A stretch of 64,000 nucleotides of DNA from Candidatus Gastranaerophilales bacterium (GTDB lineage Bacteria > Cyanobacteriota > Vampirovibrionia > Gastranaerophilales > Gastranaerophilaceae). The stretch is taken from NCBI GenBank assembly GCA_944324165.1, contig CALUVG010000001.1, positions 2,773 to 66,772 on the forward strand, read 5' to 3'. The position numbers and the translations under genes are program-made. Positions 55,446 to 64,000 of the stretch are shown here, in pieces; the first letter of the stretch is position 1; every line of letters begins with the position of its first letter. The notes under the pieces are model-generated. The model ran no database searches and was not told the DNA's origin. It was given only the letters and a program-made list of their open reading frames with translations.

Positions 55446-56588
55446 ATGGACAGAAAAGAATTTATAAATGCTAAACGTATAGTCATTAAATTAGGGACAA
55501 ATGTATTGAGAAATGATGATGGAAACATCTCTCTGCCGCGTGTGTTCTCATTTATAGAGGATATGGCCTCCCTTGTAAAAAACGGTAAAGAAGTTATATT
55601 GATAACCTCCGGTGCCGTTGGTATGGGCAAAAAACGCATGGGGCTTGAAAGTACTGAAGGAATGGCTATGAAACAGGCATGTGCAGCTATTGGTCAGGGT
55701 AAACTGATGTCTGTATACGAAACAGGTTTTGATGCATATGGACTGGTTGCCGCGCAAATTCTTTTGACAGAAGATGATTTTTCTATAAGAAAAAGATACC
55801 TCAGCTTAAGAACAACTATGAATAAACTCCTTGAACTCGGCACTGTACCTATAATTAATCAAAATGATACTGTCTCAACTCTTGAAATTTCTCAGCGTTA
55901 CGAGGACAGACTTGTTTGTTTTTCGGATAATGATAAACTTTCCGCTCTTGTAGCCAGCGAACTTGATGCAGATTTGTTAATTATACTTTCAGATATCGAC
56001 GGACTGTTTGATGCTAATCCCAAAGATAATCCTGATGCAAAACTTATTAAAGAGGTTCCGGAAGTTAGTGATGAAATTCTTTCACTTGCTCAAGGAGTCT
56101 CTTCAGGCGGGCGCGGCGGCATGGCGACCAAACTTGAGGCAGCACGTCTTGTTACACGTTTTGGAGGAAAAGTTTTAATCGCAAATGGAAAAATTCCATA
56201 TGTCATCAAAAAAATATTTTCAGGAGAAGATCTTGGCACTATGTTCCTTCCTCAAGGTGAATTTTTGTCAGATAAAAAACGCTGGATAGGTTACGCTACT
56301 AATATTATAGGTAAAATTGTTGTAAACAACGGGGCTAAAAAGGCACTCATTGAAAAACGAAAAAGTCTTTTGCCTATCGGAGTCTTAAAAGTTATAAACA
56401 AATTTGATAAGGGTGATGTCATTTCCATTCTTGACGAAAATGAAAAAGAATTTGCGCGCGGCATTGTAAATTACAATTCCAGTGCATGTAAAAAAGTTAT
56501 AGGCTGTCACTCTGATAATATTCTTGAAATTCTCGGGTTTAAAAATTATGATGCTATAATAACCCGTGATAATATTACTATCTTATAA
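55446..56588 (+). CDS. proB: Glutamate 5-kinase (with PUA domain)
   Basis: IVIKLGTNVL, ILITSGAVGMG, NDTV, FSDNDKLSALVA, C-terminal PUA (GDVISILDE...ARGIVNY). Confidence 0.9.
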   Translation: MDRKEFINAKRIVIKLGTNVLRNDDGNISLPRVFSFIEDMASLVKNGKEVILITSGAVGMGKKRMGLESTEGMAMKQACAAIGQGKLMSVYETGFDAYGLVAAQILLTEDDFSIRKRYLSLRTTMNKLLELGTVPIINQNDTVSTLEISQRYEDRLVCFSDNDKLSALVASELDADLLIILSDIDGLFDANPKDNPDAKLIKEVPEVSDEILSLAQGVSSGGRGGMATKLEAARLVTRFGGKVLIANGKIPYVIKKIFSGEDLGTMFLPQGEFLSDKKRWIGYATNIIGKIVVNNGAKKALIEKRKSLLPIGVLKVINKFDKGDVISILDENEKEFARGIVNYNSSACKKVIGCHSDNILEILGFKNYDAIITRDNITIL

Positions 56589-56601
56589 AAAGGGGAATAT
56601 A

Positions 56602-57849
56602 ATGGATTTTACAAATATTGCAAAATCAGCAAAACAGGCGGCTCTGGAAATTGCAGATATTTCTACTGAACTAAAAAATAAGGCTTTAACTGCTATTGCA
56701 GATGCACTTGAAACTCATAAAGACGAAATATTTAACGCAAATAAAAAAGATTTAGAAGAGGCTAAACACCTTGTTGAATTAGGTGAATTGTCACAGGCAA
56801 CTTTTAACAGGCTTAAACTTGACGATAATAAAATGCGCGATATGATATCAGGTATCCGCGATATTGTAAAATTGGAAGATCCGGTTAACAAAACTCTTTT
56901 TACCCGCGAACTGGATAAAGATTTGATTTTATATAAAATTTCCTGCCCTATTGGAGTGTTAGGAATAATTTTTGAGGCACGCCCTGATGTAATCGCTCAA
57001 ATTTCTTCACTTGCAATAAAATCCGCAAACGCAGTAATTTTAAAAGGCGGGAAAGAATCCATAAATACTAACAAAACAATTTTATCCATAATAAACTCCA
57101 CTCTGGATAAAATAGAAGGATTTCCGAAAAATGTCCTAAATCAAGTTTTTACACGCGAAGATGTCGCTGAAATGCTAAAATGTGATAAGTATATTAATCT
57201 TATAATTCCACGCGGCGGGAATAAACTTGTTAAATTCATAAAAGAAAACACAAAAATTCCTGTTTTAGGACACGCAGACGGTATTTGTCATATATTCGCG
57301 GATAAATCCGCTGATATTGAAATGGCTAAAAAAGTAATCATAGATGCAAAAACACAGTATCCTAGTGCCTGCAATTCTGTTGAAACATTACTCATACACG
57401 AAGAATTTCAAAACAAAACAGAATTATTAAATGCACTTGAGACCGCAGGAATAAAACTAATTTCAACTCCTGAAAGCTGGGCATTTGAATATGGGGATAA
57501 AATTCTTGCCTATAAAACTGTAAAAGATATTGATGAAGCAATAGAACATATAAATACTTATGGTTCCGGTCATACCGATAGTATTTTGACTTCAAATATT
57601 GAAAATGCCGAAAAATTTATGAACAAAGTTGATTCAGCAGGAGTATACCACAACGCCTCCACAAGATTTGCTGACGGCTACCGCTATGGTTTCGGGGCTG
57701 AGGTTGGAATTTCCACAAACAAAACGCATGCCAGAGGACCGGTGGGGCTTGAAGGGCTTACAATATACAAATATAAACTAAAAGGCAAAGGGCATATTGT
57801 TGCAGATTATGTAAGCGGAGAGAAAAAATTCACCCATATAGATATGTGA
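56602..57849 (+). CDS. proA: Gamma-glutamyl phosphate reductase
   Basis: ATG at 56602 after AAAGGGGAA SD. GVLGIIFEARPDV, ILKGGKE, IIPRGG, CNSVETLL, HTDSI, ASTRFADG. Confidence 0.9.
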   Translation: MDFTNIAKSAKQAALEIADISTELKNKALTAIADALETHKDEIFNANKKDLEEAKHLVELGELSQATFNRLKLDDNKMRDMISGIRDIVKLEDPVNKTLFTRELDKDLILYKISCPIGVLGIIFEARPDVIAQISSLAIKSANAVILKGGKESINTNKTILSIINSTLDKIEGFPKNVLNQVFTREDVAEMLKCDKYINLIIPRGGNKLVKFIKENTKIPVLGHADGICHIFADKSADIEMAKKVIIDAKTQYPSACNSVETLLIHEEFQNKTELLNALETAGIKLISTPESWAFEYGDKILAYKTVKDIDEAIEHINTYGSGHTDSILTSNIENAEKFMNKVDSAGVYHNASTRFADGYRYGFGAEVGISTNKTHARGPVGLEGLTIYKYKLKGKGHIVADYVSGEKKFTHIDM

Positions 57850-57924
57850 ACTCCTGCTTTACAAACAGCTGCAACGTTAAATAACGAACTTTCCGAAAGA
57901 AGGTAAATTTAATAAGGTAATAAA

Positions 57925-58692
57925 ATGCAGAAAATTGGAATTATCGGATTAGGCTTAATAGGCGGCTCTATATTTAAAGATTTAACAGCCTTAGGATATG
58001 AGGTTAAGGCTGTATCTCAATCTCAGCAAGGACAAAATATTTATAAATCATATGAGGATTTAAAAGACTGCAATTTAATCTTTGTTTGTTCAGCAATGAA
58101 TAAAACTCTTGCTATTCTTGATGATTTAGAATCTATTTTATCTACGGATACTATAGTTACAGATGTTTGCAGCCTCAAAGAATTTGTTAGTAAAAAGCAC
58201 AGACCTTATAAATTTATACCTTCCCATCCAATGGCAGGAACTGAAAATAAAGGATTTGAAAACTCTTTTCAGGGACTTTTTAAAGGGGCAAAATGGGTTA
58301 TTACAACTGATAAATCAAACGCAGGAGTAAAAGAATTAACAGAAATTGTAGAAAAATTAGGGGCAACCACTATTTTTACTTCACCACAAAAACATGATGA
58401 GGCTGTTGCACTGATATCTCATATGCCTATGGTCATATCACAGGCTTTGTTTTTAGCGGCATCAGAAAACCCACTTGCATTAGAAATTGCTTCCAGCGGC
58501 TTTAGAGATATGACACGTTTAGCACTTTCTAATGAAGAAATGGCAAATGACATGGTAACAATGAATGCCGAGAATATACAACATTCTATTCTTAAACTAT
58601 ACAAAGCAGTTGGATCTCTCATCTGCGGAGATTATCCGAAGATAATCTCCGATATCAAAAAAGAAAGGTCTAAAATGTTTAGACAAAATTAA
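57925..58692 (+). CDS. tyrA: Prephenate/arogenate dehydrogenase
   Basis: IGIIGLGLIGGS Rossmann motif, SHPMAGTE, HDEAVALISHMP. Confidence 0.8.
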   Translation: MQKIGIIGLGLIGGSIFKDLTALGYEVKAVSQSQQGQNIYKSYEDLKDCNLIFVCSAMNKTLAILDDLESILSTDTIVTDVCSLKEFVSKKHRPYKFIPSHPMAGTENKGFENSFQGLFKGAKWVITTDKSNAGVKELTEIVEKLGATTIFTSPQKHDEAVALISHMPMVISQALFLAASENPLALEIASSGFRDMTRLALSNEEMANDMVTMNAENIQHSILKLYKAVGSLICGDYPKIISDIKKERSKMFRQN

Positions 58693-59267
58693 GCCTTTTG
58701 GGTATCTGTTTTCATAACATTATATGCAACAGCTAACGCAAACCCTGTGAAAGCACCAAGCCCTACAAATGCCGGTCTTATGCGTTTAGTTACTCCGACT
58801 TCGTAAGCTGTAATATGACGTTTTAACATCTTAGCGGCATAGTCATTTACTGTTGCTACAATATTACGCAATTCAAGTTTATCTTCAGGTGATAAAGTTT
58901 TAATTAATTTTAGTTTTTTAGCGGATTTAAACATACTGATATCAGTTGGAACTTCTTTACCTTTCATATTTACAATTTTTTCAGGAATATCACCGGCTTC
59001 TGTATCTACCATTTTGATAAAAATATCTTGAGCCGGAGTTTTGTCAGGTATATTACGAATTTTGTCTATTATTACTCCCTTAATATTACCTGTCTCTCTC
59101 TTAATAATTTTCATTGCCTCCTGATATTCTTTGGTATTTTTCTCTCCGGGCTGCACCGGCAGCATATATTTAGAAATATACCCTGCTCCTGCTCCCAACG
59201 TAATACCTTTTAAAACATTACCCAACATAGAGTTGTCATTTTGATGTACTGCATTTACTGTTGCCAT
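58689..59267 (-). CDS. Hypothetical small protein with N-terminal GAGAGY segment and C-terminal Gly-zipper TM
   Basis: GITLGAGAGYISKY and RIRPAFVGLGAFTGFALAVAYNV. 4-nt convergent overlap with tyrA. Confidence 0.55.
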   Translation of the reverse strand: MATVNAVHQNDNSMLGNVLKGITLGAGAGYISKYMLPVQPGEKNTKEYQEAMKIIKRETGNIKGVIIDKIRNIPDKTPAQDIFIKMVDTEAGDIPEKIVNMKGKEVPTDISMFKSAKKLKLIKTLSPEDKLELRNIVATVNDYAAKMLKRHITAYEVGVTKRIRPAFVGLGAFTGFALAVAYNVMKTDTQKA

Positions 59268-59469
59268 AGCTAAACCTCACTACTTAATTTAACTAACACC
59301 TCGTAATAACACGATATCTGATAAGTTTTTAAATGTTTAAATAACACTTTTAAACTTATCTCTCGTATATATTGCAGATTTACACTTAAATATTTTAAAA
59401 CCCTTGTTGCAGAAAAAACACTAATTTTAAAACTGAGTAATTAAATCCATTTCAAACAATAACACATAA

Positions 59470-60504
59470 TTATTTTTTTGTCAATACTTTTATGAAGTTT
59501 AGTAACAACATAATTATGACCAGCACAGCAATTGCAATAAAATAATATTTAATTACACCAACAAATAATGTAGCCATTGCACCTGCTATAATTGCAAAAG
59601 AGGCAAGAATTACAACTGTTTTCTTTTGAGAAAATCCTGCATGCAGAAGTTTGTGATGAATATGTTCCGCATCAGCAACAAACGGTGATTTTCCTTTCCA
59701 TATTCTTCTTAAACTTGAATAAGTTATATCCATAATTGGTACTGCTAAAACAACAAATGGCAAAAGAATAGCAAGTGTCGCCGCCTTCATAACCCCTGTA
59801 ATAGAAATTGCCGCAAGCAAGAATCCTGAAAACAGCGCACCGGAATCTCCCATAAATATTTTTGCAGGATTGTAATTATATGTTAAAAATGCCAGCATTG
59901 AACCGGCAAGAATAAAGCCTATCAATGCACTAATAGGGCTTGATGGAGTAATAGACACGGCAATTATCGCAAGTGTTACAGCATTTATTGTAACAACAGA
60001 CCCGGCAAGCCCGTCTACACCATCTATAAAGTTAAATGCATTACTAATTCCCACAAGCCATAAAACTGTTATTGGATAAGACCATAATCCTAAATCTAAC
60101 CCTCCAAAAAATGGTATATGATTTATTTGAACACCTAAAAGATATACCAGTGTTGAAATAGCAATTTGTATAAACAGTTTAAATTTTGCATCAAGATTAT
60201 AAATATCGTCAATAAGCCCGAGTAAAAACATTAAAGAACTTCCGAGCAATATTCCGGACAGCAGACTGCCATAAGGATAATAACTTAAAAATACAAGGCA
60301 TAAAAATGACAACATTGCACTTAGCCATATTGCAACTCCGCCTATTCTGGAAATTGGTTTGGTATGAATTTTTCTTTCATTGGGTACGTCTACAAGACCT
60401 TCTTTTTTGGAAAAACTTATAACCAGCGGAACCAAAAATACTCCGAATATATAGGCTATAACCGTTCCCAGAATATGTGCGTGTGTGAGTTTTATAAACA
60501 TCAT
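59470..60504 (-). CDS. Polyprenyl-phosphate N-acetylhexosamine-1-phosphate transferase (glycosyltransferase family 4, WecA/MraY-like)
   Basis: 10-11 TMs, NAFNFIDGVDGLAG, GDSGALFSGFLLA, EHIHHKL. Confidence 0.85.
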   Translation of the reverse strand: MMFIKLTHAHILGTVIAYIFGVFLVPLVISFSKKEGLVDVPNERKIHTKPISRIGGVAIWLSAMLSFLCLVFLSYYPYGSLLSGILLGSSLMFLLGLIDDIYNLDAKFKLFIQIAISTLVYLLGVQINHIPFFGGLDLGLWSYPITVLWLVGISNAFNFIDGVDGLAGSVVTINAVTLAIIAVSITPSSPISALIGFILAGSMLAFLTYNYNPAKIFMGDSGALFSGFLLAAISITGVMKAATLAILLPFVVLAVPIMDITYSSLRRIWKGKSPFVADAEHIHHKLLHAGFSQKKTVVILASFAIIAGAMATLFVGVIKYYFIAIAVLVIIMLLLNFIKVLTKK

Positions 60505-60542
60505 TTATCCTTTAAAGCAATAATTTAATCTGCATTTATTAG

Positions 60543-61784
60543 TTAATCCTGATAAAGCGGATATTTTCTACAAAGTTTAAGCGAACGTTCCCTTAAGTTT
60601 TGTAATCCTATTTCATTATCAGACGAAAATATCGCAGATGCAATAATTTTTGCAACTTCAACCATATCATCTTCTTTAAATCCTCTTGTTGTAACAGCCG
60701 GTGTTCCCAGACGAATTCCGCTGGTAACAAAAGGACTCTGCGGATCATTCGGAACGGTATTTTTATTTGCGGTAATACCTACACGCTCCAGAACATTAGC
60801 CATATCCTTGCCCGTTTTACCTGTCCGTCTTAAATCAAGAGTCATTAAATGATTTTCTGTCATACCGCCGACAATATCCATACCTTCATCCATAAGTCCT
60901 TGAGCCAGAGCTTTTGCATTTTTAATAATTTGTTCTGCATATGTTTTGAATTCAGGTTTAGATGCCTCAAGCAAAGCAACGGCTTTTGCAGCAATAATAT
61001 GCTCCAAAGGCCCCCCCTGCATGCCGGGGAAAACAGCTTTATCTATACCTGCGGCATGTTCCTGTTTACACATAATAATACCGCCGCGCGGTCCTCTTAA
61101 TGATTTATGTGTTGTTGTTGTTACAAAATCAGCATAAGGAGCCGGTGACGGATGCAATCCGGCGGCAACAAGTCCTGCAATATGTGCAATATCTGCAAGC
61201 AGATATGCGCCAACTTCGTTCGCAATTTCTTTAAACTTTTTAAAATCTATAATTTTAGAATAGTTTGATGCTCCGCAAATAATAAGTTTAGGCTTATTTT
61301 CCAAGGCAATTTTGCGAACATTATCATAATCAATATTACCCTCTTCATCAACGCCATAACTCTTTACATCAAAGTACAACCCTGAAAAATTAACAGGAGA
61401 CCCATGAGAAAGGTGACCGCCATTTGATAAATCCATACCAAGTACACAATCTCCGGGTTTCAAACAGTACATAAACACTGCCATGTTCGCCTGCGCCCCG
61501 CTATGCGGCTGTACATTGGCATGCTCCATATGGAACAGTTCACAAGCACGTTTTTGAGCTATTTCTTCTATAACATCAACATGCTCACATCCGTTATAAA
61601 ATCTTTTATGAGGCTTACCTTCAGCGTATTTATTTGTTAAAACACTGCCTGCTGCCTCCATTACGGCCTGAGAAGTAATATTTTCACTGGCGATAAGTTC
61701 TATTGTTTCCTGTTGTCTTTTCAATTCAAGTTCAATCTGTTCCGCAACAACAGGATCAACTTTTTTAATATGTTCTAAATGCAT
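60543..61784 (-). CDS. glyA: Serine hydroxymethyltransferase
   Basis: [32 protein letters not shown] (PLP lysine), [13 protein letters not shown]. Confidence 0.95.
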   Translation of the reverse strand: MHLEHIKKVDPVVAEQIELELKRQQETIELIASENITSQAVMEAAGSVLTNKYAEGKPHKRFYNGCEHVDVIEEIAQKRACELFHMEHANVQPHSGAQANMAVFMYCLKPGDCVLGMDLSNGGHLSHGSPVNFSGLYFDVKSYGVDEEGNIDYDNVRKIALENKPKLIICGASNYSKIIDFKKFKEIANEVGAYLLADIAHIAGLVAAGLHPSPAPYADFVTTTTHKSLRGPRGGIIMCKQEHAAGIDKAVFPGMQGGPLEHIIAAKAVALLEASKPEFKTYAEQIIKNAKALAQGLMDEGMDIVGGMTENHLMTLDLRRTGKTGKDMANVLERVGITANKNTVPNDPQSPFVTSGIRLGTPAVTTRGFKEDDMVEVAKIIASAIFSSDNEIGLQNLRERSLKLCRKYPLYQD

Positions 61785-61891
61785 TCTTCACCTCTCAGTC
61801 TTTTCATTAATTAAACTAAAAAAATATTACCCCAAAGACGCTACAAAAACAAGAATATTAAAAAAGCTTAATGTCTATTGCTAAAACGCGA

Positions 61892-64000
61892 TTATATCAG
61901 CAACAGTCCGATTTGGTATACGAGAAAAGCCACCAGCCAGGCAATAGAGCATTGAACGAGAATAACTAAACAGGCATAAATAGTGCCTAATTCACGTTTA
62001 ACAGTTGCAATTGTTGCCACGCAAGGAGTATAAAGCAATGAAAACACCAAAAATACAAATGCTGTTAGAGGAGTAAACAGTAAAGGCAGTTTTGAAGTGT
62101 CCCCGAGTAAAACACTCAATGTACTGACAACGCTTTCTTTTGCCATAAATCCGGTTAAAACAGATGTAGCGACCCGCCAATCCGCAATACCAAGAGGCTT
62201 AAACAAAGGTACTATAGAATTGCCTAATAATGCAAGCAAACTGTTTGATGTATCTGTAACCAGATTTAAACGGGTGTCAAATGTCTGCAAAAACCATATT
62301 ATTATTGTTGCAGTAAAAATAATCGTAAATGCTTTTGTAATAAATCCCTTAGATTTTGCATAAATTAATCTGTAAACATTCACTGCTCCGGGCATTCTAT
62401 AATTAGGCAATTCCATTACAAAAGGTACAGGCTCACCTTTGAATACAAAAAATTTCATAATGTAGGCAAAAATTATCCCTATAATTATACCGGTTACATA
62501 AAGACTAAGAATTACCAAAACCTGATTATCAACAAAAAATGCAGCAGTAAATAACGCATATATAGGCAATTTAGCCGAACAACTCATAAAAGGCGTTAAA
62601 AATATTGTCATTTTTCTATCACGTTCAGAAGGCAAAGTTCTTGTAGACATAATAGCAGGAACAGAACATCCAAATCCCATAAGCATAGGCACAAAACTTC
62701 TTCCTGACAATCCGATTTTTCTGAGTAATTTATCCATTACAAATGCAACTCTTGCCATATAACCGGTATCTTCCAGTATTGATAAGAAGAAAAATAACAC
62801 AACAATTACCGGTAAAAAACTTAACACACTGCCAACTCCGGCAAATATTCCATCTATAATTAAGGAATGTACAACTGTGTTCAGCCCATACGCAGTTAAT
62901 GCGGAATCTACCGTTTGAGTAACCCAATTTATTCCTGTTTCCATTAAATCCGATAAAAAGGTTCCTACAGGTCCAAACGTAATATAAAATATTAAAGCCA
63001 TAATAGCAAAAAATGCCGGCAAAGCCGTAAATTTACCTGTCAATATCTTATCCGCTCTGGCAGAAAGTTTATACCCCGGAGTTTCAGAAAATTTACTTAC
63101 ATAATGACTGCACAAATCTTCAATAAATGAAAATCGCATATCAGCAAGCGCAGCATTTCTATCCATGCCTGTTTCTTCTTCCATTTGCTGTATTATTTGC
63201 TCGCAGGTAGCCTTTTCATCATCTTCAAGATTTAAAGCCTGAAGAGTTATTGTATCGCCTTCTGCTATTTTTGTCGCAGCAAACCTGACTGGAATTTTAG
63301 CTCTTTGTGCGTGATCTTCAATCAAATGGATAACAGAGTGGATACATCTGTGCACTGCCCCTGATTTTCCGTCATCAGACGGACAAAAGTCCAATACCGT
63401 AGGATGCTCATCGTATTCAGCAACGTTTACAGCATGCTCACAAAGTTCAGACAATCCCTCGGATTTCGATGCTGATATAGGAATAACCGGCACACCCAGT
63501 GCGGCTTCCAACCCGTTTATATCTATACTGCCGCCGCTTTCTCGAATTTCATCCATCATATTTAATGCAATAACCATAGGAACATCAAGTTCTATCAACT
63601 GCATTGTTAAATACAAATTTCTTTCAATATTTGTAGCATCAACAATGTTTATTATTCCATCCGGCTTTTCGTTTAATATAAAATTACGTGTCACAATCTC
63701 TTCACTGCTATATGGCGAAAGAGAATAAATTCCCGGCAAATCCGTAATCGTTACATTATCATAATGTTTTATCACTCCGTCAGTCCGATCTACCGTAACC
63801 CCCGGGAAATTACCGACATGCTGATTTGATCCGGTAAGCTTATTAAACAAAGTTGTTTTGCCGCAATTTTGATTTCCCGCAAGCGCAAGTGATATTCTTG
63901 TTGTATCTGACGGTTTATGTTTCTTTAAACTTTTATATGGTGACTTTTCTCCGATTTGAGAATGCGCTATATCTTTAAATTGTTTATTTTTTCTGGGACA
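61892..64000 (-). CDS. feoB: Ferrous iron transporter FeoB (5' end beyond the window; N-terminal extension, possibly a FeoA fusion)
   Basis: The frame stays open from the G1 motif LAGNQNCGKTTLFNKLTG up to position 64000, with no in-frame ATG/GTG/TTG upstream of the TTG that begins LFNKL. G-domain plus gate and 8+ TM core. The track start at 63850 is an internal TTG. Confidence 0.9.
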   Translation of the reverse strand, partial: CPRKNKQFKDIAHSQIGEKSPYKSLKKHKPSDTTRISLALAGNQNCGKTTLFNKLTGSNQHVGNFPGVTVDRTDGVIKHYDNVTITDLPGIYSLSPYSSEEIVTRNFILNEKPDGIINIVDATNIERNLYLTMQLIELDVPMVIALNMMDEIRESGGSIDINGLEAALGVPVIPISASKSEGLSELCEHAVNVAEYDEHPTVLDFCPSDDGKSGAVHRCIHSVIHLIEDHAQRAKIPVRFAATKIAEGDTITLQALNLEDDEKATCEQIIQQMEEETGMDRNAALADMRFSFIEDLCSHYVSKFSETPGYKLSARADKILTGKFTALPAFFAIMALIFYITFGPVGTFLSDLMETGINWVTQTVDSALTAYGLNTVVHSLIIDGIFAGVGSVLSFLPVIVVLFFFLSILEDTGYMARVAFVMDKLLRKIGLSGRSFVPMLMGFGCSVPAIMSTRTLPSERDRKMTIFLTPFMSCSAKLPIYALFTAAFFVDNQVLVILSLYVTGIIIGIIFAYIMKFFVFKGEPVPFVMELPNYRMPGAVNVYRLIYAKSKGFITKAFTIIFTATIIIWFLQTFDTRLNLVTDTSNSLLALLGNSIVPLFKPLGIADWRVATSVLTGFMAKESVVSTLSVLLGDTSKLPLLFTPLTAFVFLVFSLLYTPCVATIATVKRELGTIYACLVILVQCSIAWLVAFLVYQIGLLLI

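Noticed and set aside
1-64000. CRISPR arrays, rRNA/tRNA genes, IS elements, integrases, prophage or plasmid genes
   Set aside because: I found no regularly spaced direct repeats, no cloverleaf or rRNA-like GC-rich blocks, and no transposase, integrase or phage hallmark motifs in any long ORF. The only non-coding GC-rich block is the 47078-47206 island.
1-64000. Alternative genetic code (for example TGA reassignment)
   Set aside because: All family-assigned genes have full-length, uninterrupted ORFs under the standard code. TAA, TAG and TGA all occur as terminal stops at the expected protein ends, for example the TGA stop overlapping the rimM ATG.

Overview
AT-rich, densely coded chromosomal segment with about 64 CDS on both strands. 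The host is a diderm bacterium: kdsA, LptC/LptA-like genes and a TolC-MacAB-type efflux operon are present. No finer taxonomic placement can be read reliably from this window. Most genes are housekeeping: glnA (partial), trmD-rimM, dtd, tsaB/tsaE, yebC, a sigma-70 factor, folE2/folP, kdsA, pheS, mazG, glgA, ruvB, metK, clpB, pyrF, dprA-topA-aroE, proBA, tyrA, glyA and feoB (partial). I recognised no rRNA, tRNA, CRISPR array, transposase, integrase or phage genes. The standard genetic code fits.

The signals that housekeeping does not explain are:
1. Three dispersed copies of a divergent cassette, an orphan type IV prepilin-like gene facing a small XRE-type HTH gene. Each pilin gene has a near-consensus sigma-70 promoter whose -35 lies in or next to a cassette-specific inverted repeat.
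2. A terminator-bounded pair: a 460-aa protein with a split HNH-like nuclease signature, followed by a 95-aa protein.
3. A short, roughly 64% GC, GGA-rich intergenic island closed by a perfect 15-bp inverted repeat (47085-47184).
4. A 1188-aa protein with three zinc ribbons, a cyclase-like domain, a STAND-like region and TPR-like repeats, whose catalytic motifs look degenerate.
5. A zinc-ribbon, R/N/Q/G-rich protein with an internal duplication, translationally coupled to rimM-trmD.
6. A dispersed family of small K/G/A-rich proteins with Gly-zipper membrane segments.

All family assignments come from by-eye motif reading of the supplied translations. None has been checked against a database.
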